A stretch of 64,000 nt of DNA from Octopus sinensis (GCF_006345805.1 NC_043000.1:40548001-40612000); one strand, 5' to 3'; positions 1 through 12,998 are shown, counted from the first letter of the stretch. Made by a program: numbers and translations. The notes: generated by a model not told the origin, from the sequence alone.

Positions 1-170
1 ATCGATGTTCTGGGTAGGAAGGATTGTGCAGAGGAGTTAGTGTGGTGATAGAGGGTTGGACTCAATGTGAGTGATGAGAGGATGAAGAGTGAATGAACCA
101 AGAGTATTGGCAACTTTGAGAAGCAGAGGCCACTGTTGCTGCAGAGAAGGGACACAACTTGTATATTGTT

Positions 171-572
171 CGAGGGTCGGCTGAAAAGTTCATAGGCTGA
201 CCAAGATACTCTCATGGCATATGACCTAATGAGGTTTATTTTTCAACATAGTCCTCTTTGGCGGTCCACACACTTCTATTAGTGTTGCAATGCTTGGATC
301 CTATAGGTGAAGACGCTTTTATCCTGTTCGGAAAAAAGTGGACAGCAGCAAATATGACGTCATCATCACTGCAATACTGGTTTCCAGCTCAGTTTTTTTT
401 TTCATGTTGGGGAACAAATGAGGGTCAGAGGGACCAAATTAAGAGAAATTGGTGGGGTGATCAACAAGTTCAAAGCCACACGAACACACAGCAGCCATTG
501 AGACCAGGGACTTGTGTGCTGGAACACTGTCCTAATGAAACAAGACAAGCAGGATCCCTTTCGTCAGTTTTG
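171..572 (-). mobile_element. Mariner transposon 3' fragment (transposase C-terminus + TIR) nested in the CR1 LINE
   Basis: Minus strand KLTKGIL...DSVPAHKSLVSMAAVCSCGFELVDHP...PSDPHLFPNMKK and a KCVDR...YVEK-like end; terminus cgagggtcggctgaaaagttcataggctga at 171. Confidence 0.8.
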
Positions 573-809
573 TAATCAGAGCTTGGAGTCTCCGTGAGTG
601 ACTTCATGTCGAGTGACCTTTCTTAGAATGTAATCTAAGATTTCAATGTGTATGTAGTAGCTGTAGCAACCCAGATTCTGAAGCTGTACTCACTTGTGTA
701 TCTCACCTAACTTTTGCAGAGCGGTTTAAAGTATTCTCTGGATAGGAATAGTAAGTTTAATCTTTGAAATACGGACGAAAAGAGATCCTCAGTGAATCTA
801 AAACACGGA

Positions 810-875
810 ATATGAAGTGACAACGAGGTTTCTAGTTAAGTGCAGCTCATGCTGTATCATCAGGTTTCTTCATAT
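810..875 (-). ncRNA. Candidate type I hammerhead ribozyme
   Basis: Minus strand: ATATGAAGAAAC-CTGATGA-TACAGCATGAGCTGCACTTAACTA-GAAA-CCTCG-TT-GTCACTTCATAT. Stem I pairs 10/12; core is canonical; stem II is imperfect. Confidence 0.5.
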
Positions 876-3800
876 GTGCAGTGACTCTGTAAATAAATGT
901 ATTTCTGTATGTATCTGTACGAGTATAAGTGTGTGTTCTTGCCGCAGGGGGAGTCAAGATTGGCATGACCATATTGGAAAATGTTTTCTCTTCAAGAGTG
1001 AATGCAGATTTAGCCTGGACGATCAAGATACCATGTGACTGTAACTTAGGTACGGAAAAATGGGGAAAAATGAAGGGTGACATAATCTAAGCAAAAGTGA
1101 GCGGTAGCGACAAATAGGTAATTTATGTAAAAGAGGATGATTGAGGCAAGGAGGGGAGCTGAACCCTGAGGGACATCAGACTTGATAAAGTTTGACAGAT
1201 AATTCCAACTGACAGCGACAGTGCATTCTAACAGGAATCCACCGACTCAGGAGATGAGAATCAAACGGAACCCATAGCAGAGTGATTTGAGAAAAGATTC
1301 ATGTACCAGGCTAGGTCGAAAGATTTTCTTATGTCGAGGTCAACAACATTGATTTTACAAATTTTTTCGTGAATGGCACAGAAGGAATGCTGTATTTAGT
1401 GGCCATTAAGGAGGGAGAGTGAGTGAAGATATTGGAGAAGTTTGTGGTTAAAAGCTATCACCATCACCATTGGAAGTGAGTACGATAGGGCGGTTGATTG
1501 CAGGGTCAGAGTGGTTGACCTTCTTATGAATAGGATATACTGTTGCATGTTTCTAGAAGTGGATTCAATTTCTGGGTGGGAACAAAGAGAAAACGGAGAT
1601 AAGGGATTAAAGAGTTTGGGGAGCATAGGGGCTATTACTGAGACGCATCGTTTGAGGATAATAGAAAGAACATTGTCAAGGTTGGTGACCTTGGTAATTT
1701 GAAGCGACCGGGAGTATTTGAAATTTATGTGTGCATGAGTGGGAGCCGAGCGGGGTGTAAAAGGATGACTTAGGAGATTTACCAAACTTGTGCAGTATGA
1801 AGAAGGATAAAAAACGAGCATCGAATATGAAGGAATTCTCCGTGAGATTACTGCTTAAAGAACCATCCTAGGTGGGAAGTAAAAGAAAGAAGGATTAAAT
1901 AAAGTTGATTGAGATCTTTTGGACAAGAAACCGAAAGCATGAGTCTCACTTTGGAGAAGTAGAGAGCTTGGGAGATGAGCAATGCACGAAGGCATCGTTC
2001 GCAATTCGGGTTTTCTTGTAGTAGTTACGGATAATGGCGGTGGCAATGATAATCTTACAGGATAAGAGCTCTCTAGTTTAAAGTCTTGCGTGACTTTCTT
2101 CAAGGATTGTACGCTGTGTTATTTTGTCAGAACTACTGAAGAAGTGCTACGAGTCAGTCATTAGAAAAAAGGAGCTTGAAGCTATGAGTTTTAGTTGTGC
2201 GAGAAATGCAGAGTGATACATCCAAGAGGATCACTTCAGTCACCCCTAGCTACCAGCTGTTTCCGATGAGTCAGAAGTGAAGCACATATTCTGTCAGTTA
2301 GCATAAAATTGGTGGAGCTCCGACATGAAGTCTCATAAGGTCTGATAAGAGAGGACGTTATGTATTACGAGAGTGTGTAGTAGGTAGTCGTGATAAAATG
2401 GCAGTCGAACCAGTTGACTGGAGCAAAAACTATTTTGGTCTGTTTAGGGATGTTGTTGCTATTGTTTATCCCATGTCAGTCCTAATCGAGTTGATTTACT
2501 ATTACAGCCCTGACCATTCCATTATGTGCAAAGAATCCGGCACTACTTTATCTGATGTATTTTTTTTGAAGAGTAGACTGCGATTTGTAGATTAGGCTAC
2601 AATTTCTAGTTAGTTCAACAAAAACATAGAGTTCTGCTTTTCATAGGCTAATCTGAGGAAGATTGGTGTTGAGAATGAGAGAAGACTAAGGATGTTTGGA
2701 GTATTTGTGTGTCGGTTAGAGATGTGTGTCGGGAGTGTGGGATTTAGACCTGGTGAAACCATAAGCTTTATAAATGTTGTAGACATCTTAAGAAAATTAC
2801 ATCAAAAGGTTTCAAAAAAATTGAAAACATGCGTCTTTTAGTTATTTGAGTCCCCTACGGATTGTGAAGCCCTAAACTGTAGCGTGTTCAGCTTATGTCT
2901 AAATCTGGAACTAGGCTTCGGGAGTTAAAATAGTTGATGTAGAGGGTTGGAAACTGTAAAATTTAGGTTTCTACACTGACGGTATCAGTATGTGATTAAT
3001 ATGAGAGCCAAGAGAAGTTGTAAGCATTGGCGTCACCAAGGACAATGAGTTTGGATTCGAGTGAAATAAAGTAGACATACTCGATGCAGGATAAGATATG
3101 ATCGAAAAATTTGCGGTGGATCGAGAAGTTCTGGGAACGGTCGAGGAATCAGGAGTATTAGGAGGGGTGGGCAGATTTGGGATCTGAGTAATTAAATGAT
3201 TTTGTTACTGATATCCAGGTTTGGAAGATGGATGACGAGGAGAGTGGAATCTACGTATGTGCAAACGTCTCTTTCCCTCTCTCACTCTCTCTCCCCCTCT
3301 CCTCTCTCTACTCCCTTGTATCTTTCTTTCTCTCTACGTCTCTTACTCTTGATCTCAGTGGAATAGCGGTCTAGAGAGTGAAAGTGTGCTATTCTGGTTT
3401 GTAAACATATCTTTGCGATTCCCTTCTCAAGTGAATCCCCAAATCAAACCGTATTGGTTTGAATAGCTTAGTAATTTTTGATAAAAGGAAAAGTTGGTCA
3501 CAAGTGGAAGGCCTCATAACCATGTTTACTCAGTCAGTACTGTCTTGGGACAAAACAACAAAAACAAGTAAACGTTTACTAAATTAAGGAATCTAAATAC
3601 AGGACTATTAACAAACTACCGAAACATATAGCAACAGTAACTGATATGTACACGTATGTCCCAGAGGCATTTAAATCAGTGTAACGTTAATGGAAGTCCC
3701 TCTCTAATGATGTAATTCTAGACTATTCTTATTGTACTCTCTACACATCACTAGTGAAACAGATAAACCAAGTATTGTCATCATGTTTAATATATATGTT

Positions 3801-5130
3801 AACATAAACAAATTAAATGACGAAAGAATATAAAGAATATTTCTTTCCTTTTAGAACTAATCCCAACGAGTGCAGCTAAAAGTAATACAATAATTTTGTA
3901 CTGCATTTTGTATTTATAGATGTATGAACCAACAAGAGAGCTCTCGATGTGGTAGTGCAATCGCATGAATCGTACCCAAATCACCCTCAAATTATACTCT
4001 ACTGTTACATGTGTTTGTATATATACGTCTTTGTGTATGTGTGTGTGTGCGCGCGCGTGTGTGTTGGAACCAACGACCAACCTGCTCTTGATATCTTGAC
4101 CTGATAGATACAGCAGCTTACTTACCCTCACATTACACCCTATTGGCTGGTGCATTTATATAATGCATAGGCTAATGCATCATAGTTTCTGATATAAGAA
4201 AAATGGGATGTTCCAGATTGAGTAAGCCCATGACTAAAGGCCGAAAGGTTTATTCGATCATGACTAACTTGGAACTAAACTTCGAGGTCAACAACGAACA
4301 GTAAATCATTGCACCTCTTCTCCCTAAAAGCACACCAAACTCAGCTAACGATGAAAGCACACTGTGGAATCTCAAAATCATAGGAATAGGAGTCAAATCT
4401 TACTCAAACAAGCACACTTACGTCTATGCGTAAACCAACAATTAAAACCTCTTAGTATTAGCTAGCATTGCATATTTAACAGCCAATTCTCTTTTAAACC
4501 ACATCTTTCAGTCTCGTGTTACTTTAATACAATATCCAGACATAGCTGGGTCCATTTGCAGGTACTGTTCCTCAAATTCTAGGAAATCATTGAATACTGA
4601 TTGGCATATCTTCCCCCATAGTTTCTTATATTTCTTCATTATTACATTTTTTTTAAAGAAAAAGCCCCTTGCTTAATAATATTTTCTGAGAAAATACATG
4701 GTTTTTGATTGATATTTTTGCAGAAGCAGTTTCACTTTTTTTCTTTTTTTTTTTTTTTTGCGGACAGAAACGCTCTTCCTTTCACTTTTACTTTCGTAAA
4801 CGGAGCTGATAGTAAAACAGCAAGGAAAATATTTCAATTGCGTTTTATATATTATCATCGTATTTCATTTTTTTACACAGTCGAACATTTTTGCAGTATA
4901 AATTTTCTTCTCGCTTCACGTTTAAACAACTTTCGCTTTGGAGTGAAATCGAAGACTTGATGCGACAAGATAACTAATGAGTCGATACATGCAGAATATA
5001 AGAGAAGATCAAAGCGAGAAAATAAGAGAAAACGCAAAGCAAAATCAAAGGATAAGAGCCAACATTATTGAACACGAATGCACAGGATAGTTACAGTGTC
5101 TGGGGAAGGAAATCGATTATCTTTTATCAT

Positions 5131-5225
5131 TTACTTGTTTCATTCATTGGACTGCGGTCATGCTGGAGCTCAGCATTGAAGGGTTTGGTCGGACAAACTG
5201 ACCCCAGTACTTATTTTACTTCAGC
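5131..5225 (-). mobile_element. SINE family A, 3' tail fragment
   Basis: Reverse complement of the family-A tail (ggggtcag...ccagcatgaccgcagtccaatgaatgaaacaagtaa). Confidence 0.7.
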
Positions 5226-5419
5226 CTGGACCTTATTGTATCATTCTCTTTTGCCGAATTGCATAAATAAAAAGATTATTCTTCCCTCCTACTCTTGAAC
5301 ATCCAATGTAAAGCTGACTATGGTGAAGCAGGTCTCTTCAAGGTGTAAACCAGTAACTGAAAATATTTGCCCTTGCGATTTGTTGATGGCCATGGCAAAA
5401 CTAAGACTCACTAGAAATT

Positions 5420-5640
5420 GAAGTTGTTTGAACTGAAATGGGACATAGTCTCCTGAGTCTGTGAGACGGAGGCTGTCATGCGCATATTATGTAATAGATG
5501 TATCTTATGCTTAGGTGTCTTCAGAAACCATCCTACAGAGACTCGTGTTTGCATATCATCGAGTTTATTTCTTCTCTGTTCGGGTGTTTCCTGAGCTGGT
5601 ATTTTGTGAAGGTCTTTCGACCTTTTCGCCCTAATGAAGT
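5420..5640 (-). mobile_element. Possible Helitron N-terminal (STPR-like ETPEQR repeat) fragment
   Basis: ORF 5411-5752 contains AQETPEQRRNKLDDMQTR...NMRMTASVSQTQET, resembling the ETxEQRxxRL repeats of invertebrate Helitron Rep N-termini. Confidence 0.35.
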
Positions 5641-5676
5641 TCCTTACACAAATGCTCACGCACGCGCACACACACG

Positions 5677-5748
<72 letters not shown>

Positions 5749-6289
5749 TCACAAATGTACACTCACTCCAATAATCATAAGTTCAATATAGCAACTTCTA
5801 AAGGCATTCGATGTTGGCGATCTGGAAGTTTGAGTTATTTCTCGTAGCAAATTATATATCATTTTTTTTGTGGAGTAAGGGATGTAGATGAGGCTTGTAA
5901 ATGAGGCTTGTAGATGAGGCTCTTCTAAGAGAAGGACCCTCTGACATAAAACCAGGTCATGATAATGACGGTCCCTTTGATTAGCTGCACTATCAAAACC
6001 ATGACTGTTTGATAGAGATTGGTCTCCAATTTTGAAACGAAGCCGTGATTAGGACAACCAATATAGGAGAATTAAAATTGACTTACCACTGCTGGCTTGC
6101 ACTCTCCCTTTGAGAAAAAGACTAGGAGAAAGTACTCCCATATAAAACCTGCAGTCAACTTAGTACAAGTCATCTTTCTTTGCTTGTCACTGGAATCTAC
6201 CATTTAGATCCAGAGAGTGGCAAAAGTGTTGTACAAGCGCTTGTCACTGAAATCCAATGAAGTACAGATGTCTCCGACAAAACACCATC

Positions 6290-7680
6290 ATTGTACAATC
6301 ATCACTTTTCAAAAGTCCTATGGCGATAGAGGCGTGAAGATGTATGAAGACTTGACCATTGGAAGCATAGGGTTTCAAATCTGTACACTAGGCGGCACGG
6401 TTCTTATCTTAACATCGCTGACATGTTTTCAAAGACAGGAACTATTTTCGGTGGAGAATCCTGAGCCTGAGCAGCCCTTTTAAGTGGAACACTACTCATC
6501 TGGATATACTAGGAAGGTGCTAGAAAAGGTGCACTAAAAATTGTCTGTCTTTTCACTGCTCGAGTTTGGAATGAATCTTCTGTGTCATAGGCATGGATAA
6601 CTGACACTCTAATCTCTGTGTGCAAGGGTAAGGTCCTAAAACCAGTGTGTGGTAGTTCTAGAGGGATAACTCTCCTGGCACATAACGGGAAGATACTTTC
6701 AAAGATCATTAGATCGTCTCGTTGAGAATGTGTGTCCACATGTGATTCTCGAAGAACAGTGTGGTTTCAGACCTAAGCGAGGAACCAATGGTCACGATAT
6801 TTTCTGCGAGGAAGGTTCAAGAGAAATGATTAGTGGAACAAATGCCACTATACCAGGATTCATAGATTTACTAAGATTGACACGGTAAACAGTTAGGCAC
6901 TGTGGATTGTTTTGTGTAAACTAAGTTGCCCAAAACATTTTGAGAACATCTTTAAGGAACTACACAGAAACATGAAAGCTCAGGTAGTCTTTAATGGTGA
7001 ATTTTCGGTAGATAAAGATGTCAAACAGGTAGATATTCCTACTCCTACACTTTCCTCTATTTATTCTGCTGCATTACTTTGATATGCTTTCAAATATTGA
7101 AGCAGGGGAATCGGAATCAGATTTCGGACATCAGGTCGCATTCTAAATCTGACCCGGTTTAACTGTATAGCAAAGACTTTCAAAACACTTATTAGAGAAT
7201 TACTTTATGCTGATGATGCTGATTTGTTGGCACACTCAGAGCGGGATATGCAACATATAATGGACAGGTTTTTTTCCACTGCATGTGTACATTTCGGACT
7301 CACATTTAGTCTTGGGAAAACCAAAGTAATGTTTTCTCCCGCGCCATGACAAACATATTCTGAACCAAACATTTTTGTGAATGGAACAAGGTTAGAAGTC
7401 ATTGATACTTTTGTTTACCTTGGAAGCACACTGTCAAGAGATGGTGGTCTTGATGCAGAGATATACTATCGAAGAGGGGAGGAAGTGTTGCATTTGGAAA
7501 GCTCCAAAAGAGAGTATGGGCGGATAGAGGTATTTCCCTGCAGATAAAAATCAGTGTCTATAAAACGTGTGTATTGACTGCTCTTCTTTATTCCAGTGAG
7601 ACGTGGACCACTTACAGGCGTCATATGAAAATGCTGGAGAGATTTCATCAAAATTATCATGTTCAAAACAGAAGGCCTGT
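6290..7680 (+). mobile_element. Degenerate RTE (BovB-like) LINE RT fragment
   Basis: EEQCGFRPKRG at 6751; LLYADDADLLAHSERDMQHIMDRF (YADD 7206-7217); GLTFSLGKTKVM; LLYSSETWT at 7583. Frameshifted. Confidence 0.85.
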
Positions 7681-7692
7681 TTTGAATATGAT

Positions 7693-7788
7693 AATTTATC
7701 AACATTGAAACATTTTAATTTAACAACATTGAAACATTTCAGTTTGTCAACATTGGAACATTTTGATTTGTCAGCATTGAAACTTATA
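7693..7788 (+). repeat. 24-bp minisatellite, 4 copies
   Basis: Units at 7693, 7717, 7741 and 7765, consensus aatttgtcaacattgaaacatttt. Confidence 0.85.
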
Positions 7789-8109
7789 ACGATGTTTTTC
7801 TAATTTTACACTTTTACCATTGATAAACAAAAAAATATTGTTGAAACTAGTTTGGTATATATGTAAATACATGTATTTTAAACATTCACGAGTTTTTGAA
7901 ATTTAAGTGCATTTTCAACAACACATTTTCCTATATATTCTTTTCCTGCGTGGAAACACCACTCCCTCTTTTGCTATATATATCTATCTATCTATCTATC
8001 TATATATATATATATATTATATATATATTATATATACATACATATATGTATGTATTTATATATAAACGTGTGTGTGTATAGACACAGACACACACACATA
8101 CACACACAC

Positions 8110-8160
<51 letters not shown>

Positions 8161-8168
8161 CGGAGGGT

Positions 8169-8263
8169 GCCTCAGTAGCACAGTAGGAAGCGTGTCAGTC
8201 ACATAACCAAGTAAACTCTTTGGAAGAATCTAAGGGTCGTGAGTTCGATCCTTACCTGGGGCA
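8169..8263 (+). tRNA. Elongator tRNA-Met(CAT) with a 22-nt intron at 37/38; probably a pseudogene
   Basis: Acceptor stem GCCTCAG/CTGGGGC+A; T-arm GTGAG-TTCGATC-CTTAC; anticodon CAT 8202-8204; T31/T39 as in elongator Met; insert 8206-8227; T-run downstream. Defects: A33 instead of U33, A12.C23 and C28.A42 mismatches. Confidence 0.8.
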
Positions 8264-8296
8264 CATCTTTTTAATTTGAATGAGTATATTTTCATA

Positions 8297-8639
8297 GGCG
8301 TAAGAGTGGCTGTGTGATAAGAAGCTTGCTTTCCAACCACATGGTTTCGGGTTCAGTTCCACTGCATAGCACCTTGGGCAAGAGTCTTCTACTATAGCTT
8401 CAGGTCGACCAAAGCCTTGTGAGTGGGTTGGTAGACGGAAACTGAAAGAAGCCAGTCTTATATATATGTGTGCGTTGTTGCCCCTCCACCATCGCTTGAC
8501 AACGGATGTTGGTGTGTTTACGTCCCCGTAACTTAGAATAAGTATCAGGCTTACAAAGAATAAGTCCTGGAGTCGCCTTGTTCGACTAAAGGCGGTACTC
8601 CAGCATGGCTGTAGTCAAATGACTGAAACAAGTTAAAGA

Positions 8640-8640
<1 letters not shown>
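8297..8640 (+). mobile_element. tRNA-derived SINE family A (octopus-type), near full length
   Basis: Head ggcgtaagagtggctgtgtgataagaagcttgc...ggttcagttcc; body gcaccttgggcaag...gacggaaactgaaagaagcc; tail ccagcatggctgtagtcaaatgactgaaacaag. Repeated many times in the window. Confidence 0.85.
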
Positions 8641-8689
<49 letters not shown>

Positions 8690-9231
8690 GTATATATGTA
8701 TGTATGTATGTATACACACACTCAGAGAGAAGGCGAACGTTCACATACATACATATGTGTGTATATGTGTGTGTGAGGAAGATAACAAATAAGCAATAAA
8801 ACTTAGTTTTTAGTAATATGTATGGATTGTAACCATAGCAACGAAACCGTCTGTAATGAAGTGTTTTCTCACTCCAGGTACAGTAAGTTGATCAACACTC
8901 CAGACTTTCAACAAGTGCACACATATGTATAGATGTGTATGTATTAACGATTGTGTGTATATGTGCATATCTATATGTCTGTCTGTGCGTGTACATGTGT
9001 ATGATGCATGTGTGCACGGGTGTGTGAGAGTGATTTGATAGTCATTAGTGTGGTGTGTATGAGAATTCATATGAATTATGATTTGTAATATGTATATCCC
9101 CATCAGATTTATATCTGTACGTGTTTATATGTACTATGAAATATATCAGAAACTGTACTGAAGCAATGCACTTTTAACTCACCAATGATTTATTAGTATA
9201 TACGCACGTATTTCAACATATATATATATAT

Positions 9232-9296
<65 letters not shown>

Positions 9297-10117
9297 CAAA
9301 TCGATCCGGGTAAAATACTTCATAAACTCTCTGTTGGTACATCAGGTTAATATTGTTTAGACAGTAAAGAACACCAAGTTCTTGTGGCAGGGTCCGAGTT
9401 TATAGTTCATCACAATTCTATATTGTAAATCCATAGTTGCGCTCCTGTTATATTGGTTTTTTCACAGAGTGAAGTTCAAGGCAAGGCATAAATACTGGTC
9501 ATTGCAAATTTTTTCTTAATTGGAGTAAATTTGGCTTACACCTGTTTCCAGTAGTTACTGATAGAATTGAAAGCATATTGCTCCAGTCCATTCTTCTGGC
9601 AAAAATGAGTAGCAGCTGAATTTCAAAGAGCCAGCATTGTCACATTTTGTTTCACTCTGAATCTTCCTGAGAATTACATTTAGGGCACGCGTGTCTGTGG
9701 AGTGCTCAGTCACTGGCACGGTAATTTTATGATCAGGCTATTCTGTCGGTCGGATCAATTGGAAGCCTCGTCGTGGTAACCATCGGAGTGCCAGAACTGA
9801 GACGGTTACACTAACGAGCTACCATACAGTTTTCTCTCTACCACATATATCACTCATAAGGTATTAGTTGAACCAAAGCTGTGGTAGAAGGTAGTTGCCC
9901 AGATGTTTTGCAGTCCAATCGAAACTGAAACTGCATAGATGTGAAGCTAACGCCTTAACCACATGACTCGTATATCTTTCATTAATGATGTTCTCTTCCT
10001 TTGTTTCTTCCTATATTCGAATGACTGAATCAGTTTGCTGTCATTTCCATGACCACACTTTGTAGCAAGTTTGCGCGCGCGTGTGTATATGCTGTTGTTG
10101 TTGTTTCTGAGATGATA

Positions 10118-10157
<40 letters not shown>

Positions 10158-10655
10158 CGACGACGACGATGAAGATGATAATGTTACGGCTCTGATTGGC
10201 ACTGATGAACTATATGTGTAATCAAAGGCGTTCCAACTGTGACCATTCCGTCAAATATAATCCTTTTTTTTAAATAAGACGTTAAAGAGGTAAACGGGTA
10301 AAAGGTGTGTAATTTGAAGTAGAATTAGGTGGTAAATATTCTTATCAAGCCGAGCGTCAATGTAATAGCTCCCTAGTTGGTTCCTGCAAGCATATACATA
10401 AACCCAGCTGATATCTACTTTGAAGATGCATTTGCGAAGTGCAGAAAGCCAGCCTCTGTTAATTCTTTTAAACGAAGTGTATATGAAGTGTATACAGCTC
10501 TCGTATAAAAATAGAAATGATAGTTGGCATTTATTTATATTAAAATACATGGATGTACATGTATCTAAAATAAACAGAGCCTATTTTCGTCAGGTTTACT
10601 GCCTGCATGTAATCTGTATATATAAAACTTAATGCATATACATATGTGCGTCTGC

Positions 10656-10735
<80 letters not shown>

Positions 10736-11049
10736 GGGCGGCGGAAGTCTGTGTATGTGTGTGCATGAATATGTATGTGTGTTTGTACGTGCATTATATG
10801 ATATATAATTAATATATGTGTGCCTGTGCGCATGTGCGTATGAGAATATATTTACACATACATGTATGTATGCGCATATATATATATATTATATTATATT
10901 ATATTATATTATATTATATTACATTATATTTATATATTATTATTATGTTTTATAACTTATAACCCTTCGTTTGGTTGTAGACAGCAATAACTGTTGTCGC
11001 TAAACTGTCTATGTCTTTTATGATTGCGTATGCATATACACATACTTAC

Positions 11050-11095
<46 letters not shown>

Positions 11096-11466
11096 ATGTG
11101 TGTGTGTGTGTGTGTGTATGTGTGTGTGATTATATGCACGCATGTATACAAATAAATACATAGTTCTTTTCTTACCAAATATGGAATATTGTAGTTCTAA
11201 GTTTTCAATAGCAACCTCACGCTGACAGTATGGTAAAGGTCAGTTATACACGTGTTTGGAGTTACAAATAAACTAGTCCTTCATTCTAAATATACAAAAC
11301 AAAATAAATAAATAAATAAATAACCTGACACACGATAAACTCAGGTGACATGTATTTGAGCTTAACATAGTGAGCCCAAGGTTGTGTCCTTATTGCCGTT
11401 TTTTTATCGAATCTGTGTTGAATTCGTAACCGAAGAGTTGTCTCTCAACAGCCGAGGACGAGTATG

Positions 11467-11470
11467 CGTA

Positions 11471-11547
<77 letters not shown>

Positions 11548-11590
11548 ACTACTACTACTACTACTACTACTACTAATAATAATAATAATA
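11467..11590. repeat. (TAC)n/(TAA)n microsatellite
   Basis: Direct reading; explains the poly-L/T/N ORFs. Confidence 0.95.
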
Positions 11591-11747
11591 ATATTGCCCA
11601 GATGTTTTGCAGTAGTAGTAGTTGTTGTTGTTGTTGCTGCTGTTGTTGATAATGCTGTGTAGCCCCTGGTCAGTTTTGACCGAAACGTTCCATTTGTAAC
11701 CATCCCAGCTTTCAGATTCACTGAGTCAATAGGCGACGACGACAACG

Positions 11748-11785
<38 letters not shown>

Positions 11786-12115
11786 AACCACTTCTGCTGC
11801 TACTGCAACCATCCAGTTTTTTCTTTACCATCCAGGGTTTTTTTTTTCCGTCTTCCACCCCACTTCACAAGACTGCAGACTACATACATTATCTATTCAA
11901 TCTTTGTTTTTGAGACAGTTCTATGCGATTTCAAGAAGATTCGGCAGCTAATTTTAACAGGTTGAGTAACTTCGTAACGCCCCTCACAACTCATGTAAAT
12001 GTTAGAATTTTACTGCTGTAAACTGTATCAGCATTGTTGACTAGTGATGAGTCATTGACTTTCAGGTTCAGTTTCTGAGTTCAATTTCTCCAGCAGTAGG
12101 AAATAAGGATCTTTT

Positions 12116-12998
12116 TGGTTATCGTTACTGCATGTTGAAATCTTAAAAAAAAATTTTATGTATCATATAGATGTAATTTTTGACGCTGAATCCGAATTTG
12201 TTATTTATTTATTCAAGAAAATTTTTGCGAAAATGTTACAGGTGTTCAAAGTTTGATAATTTTCAGAATTTTCAGCCAATCAGATAAGAGCGCGTTCGCT
12301 GCCTCTTCCATCATCTGTCACAGTAGCGAGACGAGTGGAGGATGAGGGAGCACCGGTATGTCAAAACATTAAAATAGCTACAGTAAAAAGTGAAAAACAT
12401 TAAAAGATTCGCGAGCAAATGAACTATTTAAAAGCTACGAGCAAACCAACAGGAGTTGCTAGTTAAAACACTGCTTAAAACAGACATTTATTAGTTAAAA
12501 ATCTCAAGAACTAAAGTTTACAATGCGCTCTAACATTTCATAAACTAAACTAGCTTCCTCATATCTCCTTCTCTACATAATTTCACAAAGATAAGAGTCA
12601 GTCATGGAACGGCGTGTCCCACACCGGCGTTTGTTTTCACGCTTTAAAGATGCCCAGTTACTTTCAGTTTGTTGATTACACTCAATTTGATGGTTACATT
12701 CCTTGTACGCAGGCGCAGCATCTTTGGTTACTATGGAAACAGAGTTCATCGTAATCAGCTATGGAACACGTGGTGCTTCTTAGCTTAATATGCTAACAGA
12801 ACTTCAAGGTGCGGTGTAAAATACTCACTTCTGATTGGCTAAAATACTCAAATTTTGCAAACCCCAAAAGTTAATAGCCTTTTAATTATGAATTTATATT
12901 GAAAATGAATTTCATTTTCATAATTAGTATACAAAACTTAATCCATATACCAAATTTGAAAACAATTGGAACAAAATTGTAGACAATGACGATAACCA
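12116..12998. mobile_element. Putative non-autonomous DNA transposon (MITE-like, ~880 bp)
   Basis: tggttatcgttactg (12116-12130) is the inverse of caatgacgataacca (12984-12998), 13/15 match. Mirrored subterminal blocks around ttcagccaatcag (~12271) and ctgattggctaaaa (~12831). Confidence 0.5.

Larger units (their letters stand above)
1..3240 (-). mobile_element. Degenerate CR1-group LINE ORF2 (APE endonuclease + RT), 3' end runs off the window start; interrupted by a mariner fragment and an HHR-bearing insert
   Basis: Minus-strand peptides: YINYFNSRSL (APE start, ~2.93 kb); ILKRCVSVIAPMLPKLFN...AFNHKLLQYLHSLSLLNGH (ORF 1396-1821); VVDLDIRKSFD (~1.33 kb); SDVPQGSAP (1157-1177); VQPSINHTNSSAQSFLPRTS (C-terminus, 1-60). 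Many stops and frameshifts. Confidence 0.85.

Noticed and set aside
4100-4170. CCAAT plus TATA-like motif and a minus-strand gtaagtaag donor
   Set aside because: Geometry is inconsistent with a promoter/first exon on either strand; such motifs are common in AT-rich DNA.
8829-8842. X-box GTAACCATAGCAAC
   Set aside because: My rough estimate is on the order of one chance match per window for this degenerate consensus; no supporting context.
11425-11460. CCGAAGA followed by a GTTG/CAAC hairpin
   Set aside because: No GAAA or UH downstream.
11655-11700. GGTCA-GTTT-TGACC hairpin followed by GAAACGTT (HHR-like)
   Set aside because: No CUGANGA before the stem; resembles a different repeat family also seen at 10.2 and 22.5 kb.
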